Assembly (NCBI GenBank): GCA_000165425.1
Contig: CT868017.1
Location: 248,001 to 268,562, forward strand
Direction of reading: 5' to 3'
Length of the DNA stretch: 20,562 nt
From: Paramecium tetraurelia
Lineage: Eukaryota
The translations under genes and the position numbers were made by a program. Positions 11,301 to 20,562 of this stretch are shown one piece after another. Within the stretch, counting starts at the first letter, position 1. Each line of letters starts with the position of its first letter. Under the pieces are notes generated by a model that was not told the origin of the DNA, did no database searches, and saw only the letters and a program-made list of their open reading frames with translations.

Positions 11301-14300
11301 ATAACATTAAACAAGTATGTGTAGTAGATTAGACATTATTATTTGAGAAATATGGATTAGCACTTAATAATTAAGAATTAGTTTTAGGTTTACAAATCTG
11401 ACAATACCTTGGACAATCAATGCATTCGCCATCATATAAAGACAGACGTCGACCTTCATACATCTTACATTTAACACAGTTATTTTATCCGTTTCTTTTT
11501 ATACAGAGTTCACAATTTTCTGGACATTTCTTGATACATTTATCTTAGTAAAATTCAAAATCTACTGTGCAAGTCTTACAAACAACTTCTAATTTATCAT
11601 ATGGTTCATTTCCGAATATATCATTATAGAATGTTCCTCGTTTCATCATGTAATGGACTATAGCATACCTAATTTTCCAACCATTCTTCCATTACTTTGA
11701 TCGCTATTCACATTTATAACAATTCAGCTCTGATAGACATGCAATGCACTAACCAGAAGCTAATTCAGCATAATATCCAGGATAGCATTACAAACATATA
11801 TTATAGAAACAGTAAGCACAATTAAGAAAAATACTTTCACAACCGTTTGAAATTGAAGCAATCAATTTTAATTCTTTTTTGTAAACCATACATTAGTACT
11901 ATAATTGGTTTAATTGCAAAGATTCATACACCTCCATTTAGTACATTTGGGTACAATATTGTTTATTTTGAATATTGTCAGGGAATTGAATCTATTCTAA
12001 TACATTATCCTGAAAGTAACGAAGCATAACCTTCTGCACACAAAGCACAATAATTAATATGATATTTAGAATTAAAATCTCCTTTTTCATACATATGAAA
12101 TAAAGTATTTACTTTATTTCTCCTATACCAGGATTTATGAAATTAGATCGCATATATGCAATTAGGATCTAGATTTTGAATACAATCAACTGCATTAATT
12201 GATAAATAATATTTTTAATTATCTATGCAATTAATGCATCTATTATAATAAAATCCATCTTTCGGATTTTTAACATATATGCATTCTAAGCAATATTTAC
12301 TACACGGGTAACATTATCCTTCAAATACTGAGTATTATTCTAGGCATTTAATGCATTGAACACCAGATAAATATTCACATTCTAAACAATCTTTTGGACA
12401 TTCGAGACATTCATTATTAAGAGGATTCAAAGTCAAAAGATCATAGCAAGAAGTGCAAACAGAAAAATCTTCACAAGTCTTACAATTAGAATGACACACA
12501 ACACATTCTCCATTTTTATAATAGAATTGCGATTGGCATTAAATATATACCTGTAACAAAGTTTGAAAATGACAATTTGAATCAATATTTTAATTACAAA
12601 AAGATTTGCATCCAACACACAATGTAAGAGAAGATGTTGACGTATCAAGAAAATATATTTCAACATCTTTATCTTCTCTCTAAATTAATTCATATTGACC
12701 ATAACTATTAAAAATAGAATCGGATTCACATTTCAATAGTTTAGAAAATGTTTCTGGTTAAGTCAAACATTCTATGCAACTTATCTTTTCCAATTAAATT
12801 TCATTAAATTAAGGACATAGTATATAAATTACTTCATTATCGACTTCTTTAATTGGAAAATAACCAAATTAAGATACAGTTTAATTTTTTGCATTGTAAT
12901 CTTATATAGATGTGGGATAGAAATCCAAGAATTCTAATTTAAGATATATGTATTACATATGCATTTACCAATATTACTTTCAATATAGCCTAGACTGCAT
13001 TTACAATAACTATTTTCTAGATATCTATTAGAGTTCTAATTACAATTTATGCATTAATTAAGATATGGACCATTGCAATCTTAACAACTAAAGTGGCACT
13101 CTTTTATAATCAAAAATAACCATACTCTTCAGGAGAACAAAAGGCTCAGGTAAGCAAACAGTAATCTTACTGCTCTCACTTGTTACAAATATTCCATTAA
13201 TCGAGCCATCTATCATAATTCCACTTCTTATTTATAATTAACTTCCATCGAAAGGATATGTTCTATTATGATATTGAGCTTCATAGACATCCCCATCATT
13301 GAACCACATTTTCAAATTTTAAACTGGCACTTATGTTTAATCAAAACCATACAGAATGGAAACATAATGCCATTATCTTAAATCTTATTTTAAATTATGG
13401 AAAGCAATTTCGCTTTTATCTAGAAATTGACCCTGATAGAGTTATAATTCTGGAGTTATCTGATTGAGGGTTTAGAAATACACTCCATTTGCTAAGTCAC
13501 TTGTCCATGCTTAAAGTAAACAATACTATAAATCAACTAGCTTGTAGTAGATCTTAGTATCTAACTCAAAAAATATTTCAATTCCAAAAACACTAGTTGA
13601 TATGTTTATATTCTATTATAAAAGATAATATTACAAGAATATAATCAATCTTCACCCAAGATTCAAGTTAAATCAATCCAAATTGGTATTTATAATTTGA
13701 TATTAAAAACGTATCATAAGTTGAAGTCTAACAAAATGGTTTAGGTGTAAATTTTTCTTCAATAAAATTTTTAAATTCTTAAACTGTGTTAAAAACTACA
13801 TTATTTTTATCGAAATTATACTCTGCTTTCGAAATTCTGCCAGGATATTGAGCAAATTGTTTTGATTCATCATTTTAATTTAATTATAATTTAAATTCTC
13901 CTCCTTGAGTAATTATTGTCTCCTTCAATTCTAAATTAGTACTTGATTAATAGTTTATGATTTGACAATTATCATTCAGAATATCATACATAATTATTTA
14001 TCTTTAATAAGGAAATTAATATGAAACAAATATATGAATCCATTTGCCTTAAAAATCGAATGAGTCAAATATGAATTTTGCTAATTGGATCATTTAGCTA
14101 TTTGATTCATATTATAAAAATAAATATTATTCCTAATTTGCATTTTTGTTTTTCAAATCTTAATACAAAAATACCCTATACTTAGAAGTATCAGGATTTA
14201 TCTCCCTTATTAATAGAAACCCTTCAGGATTAGGTAATTTTACTAAATCATCTATAAGAAAAATGTTCCAGGGTAAATATTAGAACCAGAAGCCATATCC

Positions 14301-14450
14301 ATACGCTGAATAATCTAAGAGTGATATTCTAGTTGTCTCGGTTGTGTCACCTAGAAGGCATCCTTGCAATGTAGTTGAATCACACTCGATAGAAGGTCTA
14401 ATTAATCCTATCAATATGATCCTGGCTATCCATATATAAAGATCAATCAT
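5390..14450 (-). CDS. Giant cell-surface/receptor-like multi-pass membrane protein (~2,978 aa if two +1 frameshifts are corrected)
   Basis: ATG at 14450 with a hydrophobic signal-like start (MIDLYIWIARIILIGLIRPSIEC). Cys-rich furin-like repeats at ~13100-11300 (CHFSCQDCNGP, CHSNCKTCED, CPKDCLECEY, CPENCELC). An I/N/S/F-rich beta-helix region with FGGCLY, EGGVIY, QGGSIY, NTAQEGGAIY. A juxtamembrane Cys module (CQLGEY..GYWRP..NCLGGW..C..GQLGACCEACD), 8-9 hydrophobic segments including WGYLYLEYQHKAYYWE, and TGA at 5392-5390. Five introns. Frame breaks at 11981-11983 and 7318-7321. Confidence 0.88.
5545..5573 (-). other. Intron 5 of the 5390-14450 gene, 29 nt
   Basis: GTAATT...TTAG; splicing extends the C-tail to TGA 5390, whereas the unspliced frame stops earlier. 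Confidence 0.7.
6806..6828 (-). other. Intron 4 of the 5390-14450 gene, 23 nt, phase 2
   Basis: GTATTT...TTAG inside the Trp codon of the first TM helix; restores the frame. Confidence 0.88.
12934..12956 (-). other. Intron 3 of the 5390-14450 gene, 23 nt
   Basis: GTAATA...TTAG; restores the frame (KCIQFLDFYP). Confidence 0.85.
13101..13125 (-). other. Intron 2 of the 5390-14450 gene, 25 nt
   Basis: GTATGG...AAAG; removal gives LLKKCHFSCQDC. Confidence 0.85.
13613..13634 (-). other. Intron 1 of the 5390-14450 gene, 22 nt
   Basis: GTAATA...ATAG; needed to avoid a TGA and keep the frame. Confidence 0.85.
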
Positions 14451-14508
14451 TTTATTAAAATAAAAATTATTAAAATATGTCCTAATAATTTGGATTTTTC
14501 AATCAAAA

Positions 14509-17500
14509 TCATAACGTCTCATTCTTTTCTTGTGAGCTTTAAAATTCTTTTTTAATTGATAGTTATGTTTTGCCTGACTGTTTTAAAAAAGCTCTTAGTA
14601 ATTAAAATCGGTTTTTTCTTAGTTTTATGGAACAGTTTGATTGAGATTAAAATATGTTATACTTGATAAATATCTTATTCAATTATCCTAAACTTTCAAA
14701 TATTTTAAAGAATATTCTTCTTATATGTTAGGAATTCAACTTCCATAAATGGAGGATTATAAATACTCCAACTAAAATAAATATAGAATTTATTATAATC
14801 AAAATTATATTTTTAAACATGGAACCTTAGCTTTCCTATACTGAAAATAGTGTGCAAGATAGTAAGATTATGATACTGATAATATTTAACTAACTTTCAA
14901 ATCTATTCATTTATTTATGATAATAGATTTTATTGTCTTAACAGAGTTTAGTATAAATTATTAATAGAGAAAAGGAGAATGCTCCTTTTATTGTAGCATT
15001 TGCATCAATCATTGTAATTATACATATTAATCCATCAACCAATAAGAATTTATAAAATTCCCAATGTTGATGATCATTTTAGTAAGATGTAAACCAAAAT
15101 CCAAAGTTTTTAAAAGGAATAGGCTTTGATAAAAATAAGTTTGACTTTGACTTTTGTAGTAATAAATAAGGTAAAATAATCGCCAGACAGATCACAAAAG
15201 GTAAAAATAAAAAAAATACTAATTTAAGATGATTTGTATTTGTGTAATCATAGGAAATATTTTTGTAAATACAATACACATCTTAAATATCTCTAAAAGC
15301 TATAAGTTGAATCATCGATCGTATAAAACTTCCAACAACAAAGATATATATTAAATAGATGAAATTAAATAATTCCATCTATGTAATTCTTTGTTTCGAC
15401 ATTAAAGTCTTCAAAAAACAAAAACAAACATAAATAGCCATCATTATTATCATGCATATACAATTTTATAAGATTTATAAGTAAAGCACACTAACTTCTA
15501 AGTCTAATAGTTAACATATATTATATATTTCTAAAAATGTAAAAGGATCTCCTAGAAAATGAATTAAATATTAGACTTAATCAGAAAATACAGAAGATAG
15601 TTCTTAAGTAAAACTGATAATTTGAAAATAGAACAGTATAATCTTTATACTCTACCCCATAAGTGCTTCCTCTTACTTAAAAATACCTTATCTGAAAGGT
15701 ACTTTAAACTGATTAATATTCGAACGAATAAATTAAAGTCTTTTATTAGACAAATAATTAATTATTAGAAGTAGGCATGCAAATCTTAAATTAATAACAT
15801 TTTTACATTAAAATTGTGATCAAGAAATTAAATAGCTATAGTTTGGTATCATTTTAGCAAATTTAACATTCGAAAAATCCCTCTCTTTAGTAATTTCCTC
15901 CTCCTCTCTCATTATAATAATCACATTATTCACAAAGAGCCCCTATATAACCCTATTAGCATAGATCATTTCCAACTCCCCATCCTCCTATACAATTTTG
16001 CTGATTATTTAAGCACAAGTCAATGGTTGAAGTAGTCACCTTCATTCTCCAATAACCCTAAATATAATAAGATGATTAGAATACCTATTTTAAGAATATT
16101 TAAGCTTAAGTTATTTCCTAAATCTTTTGATCATCAGCAGTTTGGCAACTAGTAGCTCCTACAATTACAGAGTATTATTTCTAATCTACAATGCATTAGT
16201 GACAATAATCCTCTTTTGATTAACTGTATTCTCCCATTTAACATTCATTAGGCTTAATCAATAAACTCAAAACATAGTTTTAGTGATATCTAATTTAAAA
16301 TATAATTATACCCTTCTATTATATGGTTTTTATTGTTTATTACTGGAATATAAATACTATTACATTTAATCAAAAGTTCAAAGGGTTGATTTGAATCTGA
16401 AGGTATGTAAAAGATTAAATCATCTAAATTATATGAAAATGTTGATTCATTAAAGTAAATTTTATTTTTATTTAAAGATAAATTTTGTTCTTATCTAGTG
16501 TTTACATTATTTATTTGTAATTCACAATAGGTATTTGTAAGATTTCTAACCATTTCTAATTATGAATTAACTGCATATAATCTCATCTACATAGTTTTTT
16601 AATTGTAACTATTTTTTTCTATTTCAAATTTTTTGTATTCTGATAATGGCATTCCAGTAGGGATATGAATAATTGATATTTATCCTGATTTACTAATGAT
16701 TTAAGACTTTTAACTATTTTTAGAATTTTATACAATAGTTGGTTTTATTATTTCGTCTTGAAAAATTTACAAATAAAGCTATTAAGGTTGTTCATCAATT
16801 TGATTCAATCCATAATTGTCAATCAACTCGATTCCTTTTATATTTCTATTCAAGTTGTTTTCACTATAGATGCCACTTCCAAATTAAGCTGAATTATTTG
16901 TAATAACTAAATTCTCTGAAATTAATGTTAAATTAATCCCTTTTGTAAAAATGGCCCCTCCATATATTGCATTGTTACCAGATATCAAACTTTCTATAAT
17001 TGAAATGACTTAATTTTAGATGAACAAGCAACCTCCGTATTAAGCTTAATTGTTGATGCATTACAAATATTGTATTCTAATTGCAGAATTAGCTAAAGAG
17101 CTATTAAAATCTTAACTTTAAAGAATACGGTTATCTTATGAAATGAAAGAAATGCAACCATTTTTCCCACAATACGAATTAGATATAGCCATTTTTTAAA
17201 TAATTAGGGATGGTTTGTTTCTAATATCAAAACTCAATAGACCATTTGAGCACTTGCTGCACTTGTTATTTTAGAGAATTATATCAGAAAGTTGTATTTT
17301 TTGATATTGATATTATTCTGTAAATTAAAATGATATCATAGTCACTGTTGATTATTATATCTAAGATAATAACGTTTATAAAAATGTTATTTGATTAATA
17401 TTATAGTAACTTTCATTAAAACTTATAATAATTAAAGGAGCGTCTATTAAATTTTCTTTACAAGATGTTATTACACTATTATTTAAAATTTTTGCATAGA

Positions 17501-20500
17501 CTTTTTAGGGAATATCGTCTTCACTTATTTAAATTTAAGTGCAGTTGTAAAACTCTACATTTTGAAGAATTATTTCGTCAGACTATCTTACTGGAGAAAA
17601 TAGCATTAATTGATTCGAATAAATAATATTTTGTATTGAAATATTCTTGAGGTTTGCACTTCCATATAATTAGAATAAGGGTATAGGTAGATAATTTGTT
17701 ACATATAAATCTCTTGTTTTAAATTAACAATCATAGCAATGGATCAGTGAATATTCTTATGTCAAAGTTGTGAATTCATTATTTGATAGATCCTGCAAAG
17801 AATTGATGAATGCATAAAATGAATCCAATCTTTAAGATAAATTACATTAATTCATCTAAATAACTTGTAATTCATGGATAGATTTTTCTATGTATATTAG
17901 CCCTCCTTAAATTGAAAAAATGTTCTCAAATGTGGAGTTAAGTAAGGAGATCTAAAATAATTTTGTTGAAGGTATAATATAAAATATACTGCCACCCTTT
18001 CTGGAGGAAATATCTAGAAATATTGTATTAATAACATCAATTCTTAAATATAATGATTAAGATTAGATATGAAAAGCTCCTCCTTATGATGATTCTATTA
18101 ATTCAGCTTGTAAATTTTCAAAGTGTGAATTTTAAATCTGTAAGTTTCCATCTTCAATCATTTTCATTACAAATGCAGCACCTTAGATTGAGATGGAATC
18201 TTATAATAAAATCTTGTTCAATACAATTTATCGGCCTTAAAAATTTCCATTTCCTCCTCTGCTAGAACTAATATACAATTTCTATAAGTCTTCTAAAAAG
18301 ATATCTTCTGGTAAACCCCATCTGAGGAATTGCTTTATAGTATCATAGACAAATGCTGAATTCTGAAAAAACTTTGTGTTTTCTAAAATAATTTAGTCAG
18401 AGTCAATATACATAAGTGATCCTTGACCATTCAAAATCATATTGTTTTGAATTAAGCAATTACTAATTGCACTTTTGGCTTGATGTGCTTCCACTAATAA
18501 AATCAGGCTTTGTTTTTAAGGATTGCTTTTTTTTAATAAATTTAATAAATTCTACAAGAATATAACTCCTGTTATATTCAAACTCAGATCATAATTAGTA
18601 TTAATTGATATTAAAGATACTTTTTCATATTTATTTACTTGATGTAAAATGTTAGAGGAAAAATTGCAATTGATAAATACAAATTATGAGCTAATTTATG
18701 AAAGCATTTGAATTTCAAATAAAACTGAATCATATAATATAATATCAGTGATATTTGTATTTGAAACATAAGTAAATTAGCTATTTTATAAATTCATAAG
18801 GGTATTGTACATGAACTAATTGAATAGTTGTATATTACATTCTTAATTATTAAATAGACTTTTAAAATAATACTTTTCATGCAATATTATTACAGAGTTT
18901 AAAAATTTAAAGGTATTCGCATTCTTAATAGTAAATTCAGAGTAGCCTATTCCTCTCTGAATCATCAAAGTATCAAAAATAACAGTATTAGATTCAATGT
19001 TGATTATGGACAATTCAATGTTCTTATCAAGAGAATCTTTTTACTTATCAATATTAATAGCATTGTTGATAAATTCTATATTATTAAGATATACAGAATC
19101 TGAATTCAATAATAGGATTAAAGCATTTTTATTTGAATAAACATTCTCTATGAACTTACCATTTTTAATTTATATTAATTCAAGAAATTCTTAGTTTTAA
19201 TTGATTAGAAATGTGGATTATCCTAAAAATGAGAGTTTATATAAATTGAATTCTATCAAAAACAGAATTTTAGAACTTGATATAAAATTTGAATTTTGTA
19301 AAGTTGAATCTAAAATTGAGAATCCATTTAATTCAGCTCTGTAAATTTACTCGAAATTAAAGAAATTTGTGGTATTTAATAGAATTGAATTTTCAAAAAT
19401 AAAATTATCTATCCTTAAAATTTCAGTTGAATATAAAAACTCCAAAACAACAGTATTTATAAATTAGGAATTCAAAATATGCAAATTTGATATTTTAGTT
19501 TCTACTTTTTGAGATGTGTTATATTTGATAATTGAAGTATTCATAATTTTAATATGATTTATGATTAGATCTAGTGCTACTAATTTAGCATCAAATTTTT
19601 GATTCGTAATTTCAAATAAGCCATTTTAAAATAGAATATTAATATCTTATATTAATATATTTGAAATATAAATGTCAGAGGATTCCTTAATTTAAATTAA
19701 ATAATCTTATGATGATACACCAGTTTAATCTTGATAGATTTTTATGGTTTCAAACTCTACAGTATACCTAATGATATTGTCCATTGATATCTGCCCATTC
19801 TATATTTTAAGATCAAGGTTTTTAATTTTTATGTGTGTAAAGTTTGAAAATGATAAGTGATTATTCAATTAGATAGTACTTCCAGATCCATTTATAATAA
19901 CGTTTAATTCAATCAAATTAAAAATATAACTTTATAAATTTGATTAGATTTTAAGTTCCGCATTTAATAAACATAGTTAGTTGTCTGCAATTGTAAGTTA
20001 ATAAGTAACTATCTTAACGAAATTCTGATTAAGATAGAGAAAATAGTCATAATATTCAAATAATGACAAATCAAAATTTTCCAAAAGAATATGAAATTTT
20101 CTCTAAATTAGCATTTATTCTTCATTTAATTAGTTGAGATAGTTTTCTAAATCTATTTAGTTACAATAAATTTAAATTTGAATTACAATTTCTTTTTAGC
20201 ATTCATTACCGTTATCACATTTAATAAATTATTGAATATCCTAATCGTAAAATAAGTCACTAGATAATGGTGCTATGCATTTATGAGAAAAGTATTCTAA
20301 ATCTTTATTGTTAAAATATGGATTGATCATTAATTTTTCATTATCAGTTCTTGGATGACATATATTACAGTTTTAAGGACATTAAATGCATCTTCCATTA
20401 TAAACATGGTAATGTGAATCATTAAATTAAATGCAAGAAATACATATCTACTAATCATCAATAATTTTGCATTCCTTACAATTACTAGGACATTTTTAGA

Positions 20501-20562
20501 TACATTTATCAAAATGTTTAATATAGCCATCTGAACATTAAGTACATATCATCTCAATTTCA
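14509..20562 (-). CDS. Tandem paralog of the giant surface/receptor-like membrane protein, 5'-truncated by the window (~1,990 aa visible)
   Basis: No TGA in frame from 20561 to the stop at 14511-14509 after removing 3 introns. Same module order as the neighbour: DKCIQKCPSNCKEC, CIQCPQNCNICHPR..INPYF, QGGAFH, KGGSIFY, YGGCLF, GNNAIYGGAIF, YNLDDLIFY, CQMGEY, GYWRM, NCIGGWGVGNDLCQQGYIGALCEQCD, FGFWFTSYQNDHQHWE, and a multi-pass TM region. Confidence 0.93.
15785..15806 (-). other. Intron, 22 nt, phase 2
   Basis: GTAAAA...TAAG within the first TM helix; restores the frame. Confidence 0.87.
16058..16084 (-). other. Intron, 27 nt (3n, no in-frame stop), phase 0
   Basis: GTATTC...TTAG; removal gives AQIFLKQGYWR, colinear with the paralog's AQLQLKSGYWR. 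Confidence 0.78.
16290..16311 (-). other. Intron, 22 nt, phase 2
   Basis: GTATAA...TTAG; restores IIEGYHQNY. Confidence 0.87.

Noticed and set aside
5390..20562. Calling the large genes mtA or variant surface antigens (51A/G-type)
   Set aside because: They lack the T/A/C-rich periodic repeats and GPI tail of surface antigens. The similarity to mating-type proteins is only architectural, and no orthology is visible from the sequence.

Overview
AT-rich, gene-dense eukaryotic DNA from a ciliate. Long reading frames are open only if TAA/TAG are read as Gln and TGA is the sole stop (translation table 6). The 22-29 nt GT..AG introns and very short intergenic gaps point to Paramecium macronuclear DNA, so the supplied standard-code ORF track is almost all artefact. 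Manual translation gives: (1) an intact + strand CAMK-type Ser/Thr kinase (401-2142, 2 introns); (2) a convergent SRPK-family kinase carrying about six deletions/frameshifts, i.e. a pseudogene (2149-4135, -); (3) a degraded hypothetical ORF (about 4557-5270, -); (4) a ~2,980-aa surface/receptor-like gene (5390-14450, -) with signal peptide, furin-like Cys repeats, a beta-helix/GGAI-repeat region and a multi-pass TM C-terminus, 5 introns and two +1 frameshifts in G/C runs; (5) its intact, diverged tandem paralog (14509 to beyond 20562, -). I found no RNA genes, CRISPR arrays, transposons, telomeric repeats or convincing retained IESs. All coordinates come from manual reading; family calls come from motifs, not database searches. 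I do not see a clearly novel system; the best leads are the receptor-like tandem pair, its frameshift sites and the decaying SRPK locus.
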